63,346 nt of DNA, filler included, from Gonapodya sp. JEL0774 (GCA_027604505.1; 39 parts of 39 records of this genome joined end to end with filler, not necessarily neighbours in it), one strand, 5' to 3'; positions 35,616 through 48,881 are shown, numbered from the whole stretch's first letter. Notes: generated by a model from the letters alone, not told the origin. Program-made: numbers and translations.

Positions 35616-37529
35616 TGTTCTAGTTTTCAGAAACTAGTTAACCGGTGCGAGAATGCTTTTGGCGAAACTGAATGTAACAAGTACAGAGTTTGCCCGCGAC
35701 ACCGCACGTCAACCCAATGAATTGTACTCGTCCACAGCACGACATCGCAGCCATTTATTTACATTTCCTTTCATTCCCTTATTCTTCGTGTACGTTTTCG
35801 AAGCTNNNNNNNNNNNNNNNNNNNNNNNNNNNNNNNNNNNNNNNNNNNNTTAATTAATTAANNNNNNNNNNNNNNNNNNNNNNNNNNNNNNNNNNNNNNN
35901 NNNNNTACGCTCCACGTGATGTTCTCAAACACCTCACGACGAGCAGCGATGGGGTGATGGATTCTGGTGCCGTCGCTGACCAGCTGAAGGCGATTGGATG
36001 GCTGATATCTCCTCACCGTAACATTGCGATCAATGAAGCATTGCTTGCGACGCAAACGACGGAAAATGGGCTCAGAGCTGCCGGTGGAGCGGTGGAGTGG
36101 TCGGGATTTAGCAATGCAAGCCGTGAGAATGACTATTCCTTTGTTGACTTCGGCACTCCACTTCAGTCGTTCTCGTTGTTTCATGTCGGCTTGTTACATG
36201 TCGTGGAGGCGAGAGTGCAGTCGGGGATTGCAGGGTGCCCTTCAACTGTGAACGATTCGAACATCAATCATCTGGACGGTTTTAATATGGGCTTAGTCTT
36301 TCGAGGATTTCATGACCCGAGAGTGGGGATCCATTTGAGAGCGGCAGGGTGAGTTGTCAGAATCAATTGCTGTAAGAGTGTAACTTGACGCCGACTCGAT
36401 CTTTGTGCCTTTGACACTTCTAGAATTCACATTACGGCTCTCAAGCGGTTCGGTGTCTCCTGGTTTCATTCGGCAAGGCTTGCCGGTCTTCTGAGCTCTA
36501 TTCTCCAAGAAGTTGTGGTGACACTCACTATGGAGGAGAGGCGAGAGGCTTCGACCATCAACCAATCCGCTGACTCTTCTGAGTCAGCGTATTATGGAGC
36601 TGCGGGTAGGAGGCTGGGCTCGTGGGGGGATTTCATCAGCCTTTCTGGTTTGCAAGGTTCGCTCAGTGCCGACATGAGGAGGGTTGTGAATGAGCGATCA
36701 CGCGCCGCAGGCTTCCAGGGGTGATGTTCCAAGTCAAGACAGTGTTCAGAACATCTATCATCAATTGCGCAATCTACATTTGATTCCTTATTCCATTCCC
36801 TGTTATAGTACTTCGTTATCGTGTCGCTATGTTAATGTGCTATTGCATAAAAGTGAAAAATAACATGTCGCAGCTAAGTGAATGAGATGTTAAATCAAGC
36901 CTTCAGTGCCAGAGATTTGAATGGCTGTCGTTGCGCATGAGCATTGCGCGGATGGAACTGAACTGAGGGCACCCGACAAACACTCCCAACATCGACCGCC
37001 CATTATGTCTTCAAGCTGCCCCCACGCCGCATCGCTCGCTGCAACGCTTTCTCCTCCCTCACTTAATACGCCTGTATACAAGGACGAGTCTGTTCTTTTC
37101 ACCCTGTTATCTTCAACGATGTGTTCCCACTGACCGTTGCCGTTTATCTCCATTCTCGATTCAAATCATCTCCCCGTGGCATCTATCCGGACCTTCTTGA
37201 TGTTTTATGCTGAAAACTGGCTGGATCTGACTGTAGATGCACGTAAGTCTGTTCGTTGGAAACATTGAATGGCCACGAAACCGTAAGCGAGTCGAGCTGA
37301 ATTCGTCCCACCACCTCTTCTAACTGTACTCGCTCAGCCAATGCTTCGACAATCAGGTAAATCTCCTGTCGGTGAAATGAGCCGAGTAGGCGTTCGTCAT
37401 TAATTGCTTCACCCAACATTCCAAATGCTNNNNNNNNNNNNNNNNNNNNNNNNNNNNNNNNNNNNNNNNNNNNTTAATTAATTAANNNNNNNNNNNNNNN
37501 NNNNNNNNNNNNNNNNNNNNNNNNNNNNN

Positions 37530-39052
37530 TCTGGTCCAGGAGCGAGTAGCGACAGTCGAGAGAGATTGTGTGCTGCGATCGAGTTGGGTGATGGTTCGGC
37601 ACCGTCGTAGTCTAAGCATCCAGAGACGATTGATCAACAAACCATCTGGTCACACTACCCAGAATATAACCAACCTTCTTTCATTCGAACCAAAACCGCT
37701 CCTTCCGATTTTCCTCTCCCACCTTCTACCTCTTTCCCGCCTGAGAAATAACCACCACCTACTGGATCCCAGAACTTTTCATCCATTGCACGCTGGAGCT
37801 TAACGGCCCACTCAAGCCATTGTACCTCTCCTCCTGCCTCATAGAGATCAAGCAGACCCCTGATCAGAAAAGCATAATCGTCGGCGGCAGCAGGTGCGGA
37901 TCCCGGTCCTTCCCGGTACACCCGCGACGTCAATCTTCCTTCATCATCCGCCAAATTGCCCCGAATGAAATGGACAGCGGAGTTCGCGAGATTGAGATAC
38001 TCGGACTCGACGGCACCGGGCGGCGCAAGAATGACATGAGCTCTGGCAAGGGATGAAATCATCAAGCCGTTCCACGCGACCAGGATCTTGTCGTCGCGAT
38101 GGGGCTTTGGCCGGTTGAGGCGGACAGCCCAAAGTTTCTGCTTGGCATTTTCGATAATCTCAGTTACTTGCGCGAGTGTGCCGAGATTCAGCTTGCTGCG
38201 AAACTTTTCTAAAGCCATGGCGGGTGTGCGCAAGACCCGCAGGACATTCTGTGACATGTGCAAGGTGAAGCTCATCTCCTGCTATTTCCGACAACACAAT
38301 ATGCGATACTCACTTTGCCAATGAGTTCTCCTTGACGATCGACTGATCTCGGCACATTCCCCGGAGCCCTCACGTCAAAGTACCACCTCAGCATCTCCTC
38401 GTACTCGTCACCTACAACAGCTTTAAATTCTTCGGCGGACCAAACACAGAACGCCCCCTCCGTTTTTGCGTTCGATTCCGCAGTTGGCAGGGAGTCAGCA
38501 TCTTCACCGCAGTAGAAGCCACCACCAGAATGCTGCAGGTCCCGGGAAACGTACGTGACGATATCGCGGGCAACAGCTGCGGGATCGAATGCGGGGTCGG
38601 TGGGAAGGAAGGTCGGACGTGAAGAAGGATCCGTGGGAGGTTGAAGGACGGTGGCAGTAAGGTAGAGGTCCAAGAGTTGAGCTTGGTCGTAGAGCATCTT
38701 CTCAAAGTGTGGGACGTGCCATTCGCCATCGACCGAGTATCGATGAAACCCGCTGCCAACATGGTCGTGAATTCCACCAGCAGAAATGTTCTGGGCAAAT
38801 GGGCAACGTTCACAGAACATTGATTTCGATGTCAGATTCAGATTTGTAAGAAGACATCACTCACCTTTAGGGTGTGGAGTGTCACCGTTCGAGCCTTCCC
38901 TGCCCGTTCAAACATCTCTTCCAAGCCCTGAACCACGGCTTCTACAATCTCTGATTTCTCCGTCAGACCCTTTTCCTCCAGGTCCAACCCACACTTGTCC
39001 GCCAGATCCCGGAGCTCCTTCGGGTCCAAATCGGGCACTGCGTCGGGGAGGG
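37530..39052 (-). CDS. SPATA20: SPATA20/YyaL-like thioredoxin-domain, six-hairpin protein, internal part
   Basis: GGIHDHVGSGFHRYSVDGEWHVPHFEKMLYDQAQL, GGFYCGEDADS, RPKPHRDDKILVAWNGLMI, DDYAFLIRGLLDLYEA. Confidence 0.93.
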
Positions 39053-39152
39053 NNNNNNNNNNNNNNNNNNNNNNNNNNNNNNNNNNNNNNNNNNNNTTAA
39101 TTAATTAANNNNNNNNNNNNNNNNNNNNNNNNNNNNNNNNNNNNNNNNNNNN

Positions 39153-39932
39153 GCCCAGTATAATCTTGGTTTCATGTATGCGAATGGACAGGGCGTGCAG
39201 AAGGACGAGGCGGAGGCTGTGAAGTGGTATAAGAGGGCCGCCAACCAGCGTAACGCACCGGCCCAGTCGAATCTTGGTGTGATGTACGAGGATGGGCGTG
39301 TCGTGCAGAAGGATGAGGAGGAGGCTGTGAAGTGGTACAGGAAGGCCGCCGATCAGGGTGACGCAATGGGGCAAAACAATCTCGGGTGGATGTACGTCAG
39401 TGGTCGCGGTGCATCACGGGATGTACATGAAGCGAGGAAACTCTTCACAGCTGCCGAGGAGCAAGGAAATGCTTGGGCACAGTTCAATCTTGCATACTTA
39501 TTCCACTTGCATGGTCTCGGTGGGTGTGAGCGTGATGAGGGAATGGCAGAGGAACTTCTTAAAAGATCAGGTGATAGTGAGCTGACCTTTGCTCTTGGAA
39601 TTCTCCATGAGTATGGGTGGGGTGGAAGAGCAAAAGATGAACAAACAGCCGTGGAGTACTATTTGAAAGATCTCCGGTGTGAGGGAAAGACTTTGCTAGC
39701 AGCAATGTACGAGGACGGTCGAGGTGGATTAGATCAAGACTTTGCGGCTGCCGTGCGCTTGTACCAAGAGGCACTTGAAGAGTGGGACGTGGTCGCTGCA
39801 GTGGGTCTGGGTCGGATGTACGAAAGGGGACTCGGAGGATTGGCAAAAGACATTAGCAAAGCCATTGAGATGTACGAGTTGGCGGGGACGTGGGATGCAC
39901 GAAGTGCGTTGCAGCGGCTGAGGGGGTCGTGA
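39153..39932 (+). CDS. Sel1-like repeat protein, 3' part
   Basis: AQSNLGVMYEDGRVVQKDEEEAVKWYRKAADQG-type repeats throughout. Confidence 0.92.
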   Translation, partial: AQYNLGFMYANGQGVQKDEAEAVKWYKRAANQRNAPAQSNLGVMYEDGRVVQKDEEEAVKWYRKAADQGDAMGQNNLGWMYVSGRGASRDVHEARKLFTAAEEQGNAWAQFNLAYLFHLHGLGGCERDEGMAEELLKRSGDSELTFALGILHEYGWGGRAKDEQTAVEYYLKDLRCEGKTLLAAMYEDGRGGLDQDFAAAVRLYQEALEEWDVVAAVGLGRMYERGLGGLAKDISKAIEMYELAGTWDARSALQRLRGS

Positions 39933-40796
39933 GGTGGAGCAGCAAACATGTGCGTTTAATATTTATTGTTTATGTAATTCTTGAATGTCAGTGGTCCTTT
40001 CCTTTGCGTTTCAGAAGTGCAAATGATGAGGTCCTGTGTGCAGCTGTTGACAGTAGAGGTCAAACCGGAGGCGCCGGTTGAGAAGTACGACAGACGGTTG
40101 TGGTGAGGGTTGTCAGATGAAAGGCGGACCGGTAAAGGTTCTCGTACATGCTACGTTTTGAACAGACGCAGAGGTTAAAGTCATATGAGGTCGCGAGAGA
40201 CGCAGTTTGGACGTTGTTGGCCTTCACGAAGATACATTTGCGTGATCGGAACATTCACGTAGGATCAAAAATAACATCAATATGGAGGAAGTAGAGGGGC
40301 GCTTTGCTTTATGTAACGCTCGCCCGGGTCGTGCTTGATGTACACGTGATTCACGCTATCAACGATTTCGGCGGGAACTACTGTGATCGAGAGGCAGACA
40401 GAGAGAAGGTCTTTCGAACGCGTGACAGACGGAGATCCACTGTTTATGCAGCAATCTCGTAAAAATAATTGATCCGTCGATATCATTGGTTGTGGATGTA
40501 TACGAGTTAGGTCACCGACATGATGACGGGAGATTTGATTCTGTGTCGGAAGTGGGGAGTTAGTTGAAAAACAAGAAACTGACAATATTTCATTCTCAAG
40601 CTTTCTCGCCAGATATTTCTGGGCGAAAGCGTGATTCCTTTGTGATTTCGTCGTCTGCAGTGATCGCATACGACCNNNNNNNNNNNNNNNNNNNNNNNNN
40701 NNNNNNNNNNNNNNNNNNNTTAATTAATTAANNNNNNNNNNNNNNNNNNNNNNNNNNNNNNNNNNNNNNNNNNNNTTTGTACGGATCAACGGACAA

Positions 40797-42297
40797 TGCG
40801 TCACCTTGAACCGACGGATGCTCATACCCGGAAAGCACGTGCCGTACAGTTTGGGTTACTTAGCCCAGACGAGGTCCGTCAAATGTCCGCGTGTAAAATT
40901 CAGCACCCAGAAACGTATGATGAGGTGACTGGAATGCCTGTCCCAAGCGGTCTGGTAGACCCTCGTTTGGGTATTGTTGATAAGAGTCTTCGGTGTGGGA
41001 CGTGCGATGGGGACTCTACGAATTGCCAAGGGCATTTCGGTCATATTGAGCTCGCGAAGCCAGTGTACCATCCAGGTTTTATAGGGACTGTGAAGAGACT
41101 ACTCGAGATAGTATGTGTCTTTTGTGGGAAAATGAAGTTGGATCCATCAACAGATAAGGGGTTTCGAGTAGCCACAAGCCTTGCCAACAAGCGTGCACGT
41201 TTTGCTGCTGTCTGGGCTCTTGGCAAGACTCGTTCCTCGTGCTTGTCCACAGAACTGGGCGGTTGTGGTCTGCGCCAGCCTAAAATCAGGCGCGAAGGTC
41301 TCACGCTCCAGACGTCATTCCCACCGGGAGCGGTGGACGAATCAAACAGTCGAATCGCAGCAAGTGTTCCAAAGCTTATCTCTCCCGAACACGCTCTACG
41401 AGTACTGTCAGCGATATCGGATGCCGATTGTGCACTTGTGGGATTGTCCATGGAGTGGGCACGACCAGAGTGGCTGATCTTGACAGTGTTGCCCGTGCCG
41501 CCACCGCAAATTCGTCCTGCCATGGCAGATCACGGAGCTCCCGGTGCCTTACTGACGCAAGATGATCTCACGTACAAGTTGAGTGAGATCGTCAAGGTCA
41601 ATTCGCAACTTGCGCGACATGTTGCGAGGGATGCGACTCCTCTCATTGCTGAAACGCATGAACTTCTCATGTACCATGTGGCGACGATGCTTGACAATTC
41701 TATAGCTGGTATACCACCCGCACGTCTTGCCAGTGGGAGGACATTGCGTGGGCTGCGACAACGGCTGAAGGGAAAGGAAGGCAGGTTGCGAGGGAATTTG
41801 ATGGGGAAACGAGTGGAGTTCTCGGCGCGGACAGTGATTACGGGGGATCCATTTCTGTCTCTGTCCGAAGTGGGAGTACCACTGTCGATCGCACAAACGC
41901 TTACATTTCCTGAGCAAGTCACTCGGTTGAATTTTGCTGAGTTGACGCAAGTGGTGGCTCGAGGTGCGCGTGGATATCCTGGTGCGAACCGCGTGGTGAA
42001 GGCGAATGGAAATGTCGTACGACTGGATCATGTTGGTCGTGACGCTGAGTTTGGACGTCCAGTATTGATACCTCGACTTGAAATTGGCGACAGAGTGGAG
42101 AGGCATATGGTGAATGGGGATATTGTCCTCTTTAACCGGCAGCCATCACTTCACAAACAGTCGACGATGGCGCACAGAGTCCGTGTTATGCCATACTCGA
42201 CATTTCGACTGAATCTGAGCGTGACCACTCCTTACAATGCTGATTTCGATGGAGATGAGATGAACCTGCACATGCCACAATCCCATCAGGCTCGTGC
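40797..42297 (+). CDS. RPB1: RNA polymerase largest subunit, Pol II-like but divergent and intronless, 3' truncated
   Basis: VQFGLLSPDE, DPRLG..CGTC..CQGHFGHIELAKPVYH, RPEWLILTVLPVPPP, RLKGKEGRLRGNLMGKRVEFSARTVI, LFNRQPSLH, catalytic YNADFDGDEMNLH. About 500 uninterrupted codons. Confidence 0.95.
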
Positions 42298-42397
42298 NNN
42301 NNNNNNNNNNNNNNNNNNNNNNNNNNNNNNNNNNNNNNNNNTTAATTAATTAANNNNNNNNNNNNNNNNNNNNNNNNNNNNNNNNNNNNNNNNNNNN

Positions 42398-43919
42398 TGA
42401 TCTCCACCATGGATATTGTTGTCCGAACTCGGGTCGGGAACTTCCTCCGTGGCATGGTAACCATGAATTTCAACTTCTGGAAAGTACGAGTCCGTCGTCA
42501 GCTGTCGTCCGTGTGGTGCTTGTTCGCGGCTTGGTGTCACACTCATTTCGGACCCAAGTCGAACGCTGCGTAGAATGACAGCTTTCCTGCGGAGAATGCG
42601 CAAACGTTCCAGGTATGCACATACAGAAAACATGGTCAAGAACCAGGATATGTGGGAAATCCAGGGGGTGGCGTTGGTGGAAATTGGTGGCAGAGCAAGA
42701 AGGATGGCCGGGTGAGCACAAGCAAAGGAAAGAAGACCGAGAAACTTGTGTAGCTAAAAGAGAAGCAACGATTGATGCAAATCACGCATTGAATGGTGCC
42801 CAAAAAAGGACATCAGCACTGTGTGTGTGGTTTCTGCGTGGTTACTCCGCACCCACCTTGGCCGTAAAAAAGACGAATATCCAGCTCCAAGCCATCTCAC
42901 TCAATCGGTACCAACAGTCATGGATCGCAAATATGTCCGAAGACGGAAAGTCAGAGAATGTTGCCGACGTGCTGCGACTTGCTGTTTCGACCACTGACGG
43001 TGTTGATTCGTCCGGAATATTGAGTTTTGAGTTCACGAAAGACTCAACCGGTGGTGAAACATACACAGGAGGTGTAAGGGGAGAAGGCCTCTCTGAGACA
43101 GGTGATGTGATCGCGCTATGGGTAGCTGGACCTTCAATTTCGCAAATCGTCACGTTCGATGCGGAAGGGATGTTGGGTTGCTGGGGCGAAATCAAATCAT
43201 GCAAATCGGAGCGCGAATGCCTTGAGCGGAGCAGCGCAAATTGAAACTGTATTGGCAGAGGATCAGCCCACCCTTTTTGTAGTCAACTGTAAAGCAATTT
43301 CCCAACCTACTTCTGGCTGGGAGAAGAGCATTTCATCAGTAAGTCTGACGCTCGAATTCGGCTCCGGAGTCACTCTTTCCTTGCCCTTTACGGACAGTGT
43401 AGAGGTTGGGGAGGACACCGCCGGGCTTGTCAGTACAGATGCTGTGGTGTCAGAGTTCGTCGGAACTTCATGGGCGAGCTCTGCTGTACGTATCGGAGGA
43501 TCCAAAAATTCTACGTGAAGTGACGTCACGTCATCGCTGAAGAGACGCTGATCCTGCCGACGAGCGCTCGATTCTCGAATCGGTCCAATCGGATACTGCT
43601 CCGTCCTGAAGTCCTTTCCAAATCTCGCAACGATCCCAGTTACTGGCTGGAACACAAGCGCACAAACTACAAGCAATCCAATTGCGGAATGGATGCCGGT
43701 CAACGGATTTGATGTGAGAAGTGAGAAGGAAGCTGAGGCGAGTACCACGACAATAGCTTGAATTTGGAGAGAGAAATGTACACCGAACCAGGAAACAGCG
43801 CACGGCACCCAGGATCTTCGATGAAGACGTGAATGACATTTAAGTCGACGATAGTATCTGCGAGAGTACAATCTCGTCACCTGTCGCACGGATCACAGCA
43901 GCAGTTCAAAGAAGCACCT
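42398..43919 (-). CDS. Membrane protein with cytochrome b561-like TM segment and Ser/Thr-rich tail, partial
   Basis: WFGVHFSLQIQAIVV..IHSAIGLLVVCALVFQPVTG has b561-type His spacing; the remainder is not resolved. Confidence 0.45.
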
Positions 43920-44019
43920 NNNNNNNNNNNNNNNNNNNNNNNNNNNNNNNNNNNNNNNNNNNNTTAATTAATTAANNNNNNNNNNNNNNNNNNNNNNNNN
44001 NNNNNNNNNNNNNNNNNNN

Positions 44020-44841
44020 GCATCTTGTCGCCCACTCGAAGCCGTCAGATTTGCTTTTCCTCGGTGAACTTCCTTCGGGCAAAGATTCAGGTAACCCGCA
44101 CCCTAAAATGGATCATCTTGTCTGCTACCTTCCCGGAACACTGGCACTCCGGGTATCTCCTCGCGGCCAGCGCATTGACCGCAAGTCACTGACGGAAAGT
44201 CAAGTGGAAACGCTGGCTCTTGCAGAGTCCCTAGCTGCAACATGCTACGAAACGTACCGCCGAATGCCCTCTGGTCTGGCACCGGAAATAACCTATTTCC
44301 GCACCAACGACGATTCAAAAGACGACCTGGATGTGCGATCCCTGGACGCGCATAACTTGTTGAGACCGGAGACTGTGGAGAGTTTGTTTGTTTTGTGGAG
44401 GGTGACTGGAGACCTCAAGTACCGAGAATGGGGGTGGGCGATCTTCCAGTCGTTTGAGAAATGGACGAAAGTTGAAGGGGGAGGTTATTCGGCACTTGTA
44501 TGTGCAATTGCGTTGAGTCCCTGGTTATTTGATTCACCTCATATAATTCGTCTATGCCATGCCTCAATAGGAGGATGTCCGGACAACCCCCCCTCCGCGA
44601 CGGGATCGTATGGACTCATTCTTTTTGGGAGAAACTCTCAAATACCTTTATCTCCTCTTTTCTGACGAGTCCCTTGTGCCCCTCGACCGGTGAGTTGATC
44701 AGTGTGCTGGCACCATAACAAATGCAACACCCACCCGCCATTCGGTAATGCAGCTACGTTTTCAATACCGAGGCACATCCATTGCCAGTTTTCGACATTG
44801 ACGGAGAGTTTGCGAAGAAGCTGGGCGCTCTGTCCGCGTAG
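44020..44841 (+). CDS. MNS1: GH47 alpha-1,2-mannosidase, 3' part
   Basis: [73 protein letters not shown]; two introns. Confidence 0.93.
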
Positions 44842-45640
44842 ATAATCTATTTATAGTAGCGATAATGTGTTACTTGAGCATGAACGATGACCAGTCCGAA
44901 CCCCTTGCACTTGTCATTCGCAATGTCCAGCCATGACAGTGTTCAGTGTGGCTGGATAACAGAGACCAGGTTTCATAGAGTTCAATTGATTGGTGCCATT
45001 GAAGAAGCGACCGGCAGAGGCCACATGACGAATGCATAGTACCAGTTCATAATAAATAAATCTCACATCAAATTAAATCACTAGATTCTACTCTATGTGC
45101 CAACTGGATCACCTTCTAACCCTTCCTTTGCCCCACGAATAGACCACCACCCCCACCGCCACCAGCACGCACGACGCAATATTTGGAGGGTTCATGCATT
45201 GATCGGGTAGAGCCAGCTGTTCCAAGTCGGGCTCGGGGTTGAGTGACGTGGCAGGACGGCAGAACAACGCGGCGGAGAGGAGAAAGACGAGGGTCGAGCG
45301 GAGGCTTTGGAGGACGCCTAGATTGGGTGGTTTTCGTGTGGGGAGAAAAGATGGAGACGGGTTGGTGACGATAGCTGGGTCAGGATCAATTAATCACAAT
45401 GGACGCACCCGTGGAGACAGCGCCCGTTCGGTTGAGTAGGTAGAAGTAGCTCACGTTGTGGAGGAACGCGGAGAATATGTAGGATACCTTTCACAATAAT
45501 CATAAAACAGTGATTCTATCAGCATTAGCCGCCAGCAAAGNNNNNNNNNNNNNNNNNNNNNNNNNNNNNNNNNNNNNNNNNNNNTTAATTAATTAANNNN
45601 NNNNNNNNNNNNNNNNNNNNNNNNNNNNNNNNNNNNNNNN

Positions 45641-47161
45641 GATTCTGTGAGGGGTTGGACAAAGGAGAGACTAAAGAGTAGAATCTTCGAACAGCTCAAC
45701 AAACAGGGCGACGGCATCGCACGAGGAGCATGGGAGCTTGCTACACCTCGCGTGGTAGTGGTTGCTGAGGTAGCCAAGGAATTGGTTGCTTGGCCAGGGC
45801 CTGGATGGGTGGACATGGGCAGGCTTGTTGAGTGGACTCGTACCGAAATTTGGAAAGGTCCTTTTGAGAAGCAAGCAGAAGAAGTGAATGGTGATACAAC
45901 ACCGTCAATTGAACTTGAAGCTGCGATGAGAGCTTTCGAGAGCTCAAATCTCGAGGTTGTGCAGGCTGTTCTACGTCACCGCGCTCGGACATTACAGGAG
46001 CTCGTCCGCAACCTGCGTGCCATGATCCCTGATGTCTCTCTTCCACTTCCGGCACCAGATCTTCGCATTGCCTTTCTCGATGTAGTGCATACTCCTTCTC
46101 TGCGGAGGCTCACCTTCGCAAACCAATTGGAGCGGTCTGTGCGAATGACTGCAATGAGAAGGGAACGGTGTGCGTCAGGGACTGGGTGGGGGGATGGTCG
46201 CCTCGTGGAGCTGGAATGTGTGGGCTATAGGAGAGTTGAAGCCACCAAACTAGAGTACGTTTTCGCCGTGAGGAACGGACTTGAATTTGTGGAGGTAGAC
46301 AGCCAGGTTCGTTTGGGAAAATGGCTTCTAGTACGCGACAAACTTGGCGAAGCCATCCCACTTGAAGTGCGCTTTGATGATGCTGCCTGGCATGGCGCGG
46401 TTTCCTTGCCAAAGTCATGGAACGAAGACGTTGATGTTGAGACTCTTGCCCGTTTAACTTTTGCCAACGCTATCGAGATTCTAAATGGCTGGAAGGGAGG
46501 CTGGAGGGACAAAGTTACGGGACAATTGAAGCAGACCACGGACACCAGGACCTGTGTTGTGTTGGACTTACCCTATAAGCGGAAGGAGTTTGATGTGAAG
46601 GTTGGAGGTATATTCAGGTTGGTCGAGCGATTCGTTGATTTTAACCTCAAGAAGGTGTTGGAAAGCCTCGTCGAAACCGAGCTACTAAGGGAAGGAAGAC
46701 CTAATGGAGAAAATCGGCGTCCATTATTTATCCAGCTTCTGGAAGACCCTAATCGGCTGGGATTAGTAAATCCCGTGGAGGCATCTGTTGTGAAAGAGGA
46801 TTTGGATAACTTTGAGCGAACCACGCGGTTTTTCAATGAGCAGTGGCAGCTCCGAGGAGCAGAGTTAGGGAATGATGCTGTCAGACTCAGGCAAAGTCAG
46901 GCGAGGGCATTCCGAGGGGTATTGCGCAATACGGTAACGATCATTTGGTGAGAATTCTCGCAGTTTTATGTAGTTAATCTATTGAGCTCAGGCTATTTTA
47001 TGTTCTCCGCAGGGGACCTCCCGGTGAGTGCGAGGTGTTTCTTCGTTTTTCTTGACAGTTACCAAGCACTTAGTTTTCTTACCAGGCTCTGGCAAAACAC
47101 ACACTCTGGCACTCTCGATACTCCGACTTATTGAACTATGCTATCTCCGCGCAAATCAAAA
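45641..47161 (+). CDS. Superfamily 1 (DNA2/NAM7-like) helicase, internal part
   Basis: A 1.3-kb exon ends SQARAFRGVLRNTVTIIW. Splicing through an 11-nt exon (47013-47023) gives Walker A WGPPGSGKTHTLA. Confidence 0.8.
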
Positions 47162-47261
47162 NNNNNNNNNNNNNNNNNNNNNNNNNNNNNNNNNNNNNNN
47201 NNNNNTTAATTAATTAANNNNNNNNNNNNNNNNNNNNNNNNNNNNNNNNNNNNNNNNNNNN

Positions 47262-48781
47262 TCGTTCCAGAGCGGAACCAAACTCCAATATTTTCGACAG
47301 CGAAGAACGTTGTACTCGCTGGAGTAAAGTCTGTGACCATCTACGATCCAAACTCAGTCGAAATTGCTGATCTTTCATCACAGGTGCGATTTCGAACATC
47401 TATTTTCCTTGACTTCAATATGGCTGCTTGTCACAACCACGTGGAATTTCTAATGTCCTCGAGCAGTTCCTTCTCCGCGAAGAGGACATTGGAAAACGAC
47501 GGGATCATACCTCGGCACCACGACTTCAAGACCTTAATTGGCGCGTTTCTGTTTCTGTCCTCAATGGAACTCTTGTCCCCAATCGCCTGAGCGCTTTCCA
47601 AGTTGCCGTATTCACGGAAACTTCTTGGGAAAGTTTGATGGAATACGATGACTACGCTCATGAACATGGCATAATGTTTTTGGCGGCACAGACCCGTGGT
47701 CTCTTCGGTTTCGTATTCAATGATTTCGGTCCCTCGTTCTTGGTGACGGACCAAACTGGTGAGGAGCCAGTCTGGGGGCTCATATCAGATATTAATGATG
47801 AAGGGGTTGTTTCAACTCCGGATCAACTCCCACATGGTCTTGTAACTGGAGACGTAGTTGTATTCGATGGTGTAACGGGGATCGAGGAACTGAACAACGG
47901 TCAAGGCAGGACGGTGAAAGTATTGAGTGAGTACCACCACGATCTCAGGAATGGTGCCGGTAACACGTTTTTTTTTTTGCTCCTTTCTTCTCATATCAAA
48001 TCCCACCCAACCAGATTGACAAAAGTTCGCTATCGAAGACTTCACTGCAATCGGCCTTTATGGGGGAGGGGGAATGTTTACTCAAGTGAAACAATCACAA
48101 ACGTGGGCTTTCGTAAGTGGATCCCACTTCACAGATGTGCCCAACCTGAATCGGTTGGGATTGGTGTCACTCAGAAACCCCTGCGACAAGCCGCCTTAGA
48201 TCCAACCTCCAACATCTTAGACTTCACCGAGCTCGATAAGTACTTAAGCGAGCACGTGGGACTCCAGTCTTTGGACCAATTTTTGTCTACGCGCGGGCGC
48301 CTTCCCGAGCCGATGAGCGAGAGTGACGCGGCTGCGATCCGGTCTATTGCCCAAGTTATCAACAGATCACTTGCCAAACCTATTTCACTGTGTGATAAAA
48401 TAATCTCGGAGCTTTCATACCAGTCGCGAGGAGACTTGAGTCCGATGGCTAGTGTTCTTGGTGGGGTGGTGGCGCACGAAGTACTCAAGGCCTGCTCGGG
48501 CAAGTCTACTCCTATCCACCAATTCTTCTACTTTGACTCTCTCAAATCGTTGCCAACCGCTGGTAGAACAGTGTCTTCGTGTGCACCTCGTGGAAGCCGT
48601 TACGACGGTCAGATTGCCGTATTTGGTGCTGAGTTTCAAGAGAAACTAGCTCGAGTCAAGGAGTTTCTTGTAGGATCCGGAGCAATTGGCTGTGAAGTGC
48701 TTAAAAACTGGGCCATGATGGGTGTAGGAGGAGGTCCGCGCGGAAAGGTGTTCGTCACCGACATGGACACGATAGCAACAT
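47262..48781 (+). CDS. UBA1: Ubiquitin-activating enzyme E1, internal part
   Basis: AKNVVLAGVKSVTIYD..DLSSQ, TRGLFGFVFNDFG, EVLKACSGK, SRYDGQIAVFG, FLVGSGAIGCEVLKNWAMMG, VTDMDTI; introns. Confidence 0.92.
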
Positions 48782-48881
48782 NNNNNNNNNNNNNNNNNNN
48801 NNNNNNNNNNNNNNNNNNNNNNNNNTTAATTAATTAANNNNNNNNNNNNNNNNNNNNNNNNNNNNNNNNNNNNNNNNNNNN

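Noticed and set aside
35906..37429. Short ORFs on both strands
   Set aside because: No recognisable domain or consistent exon chain.
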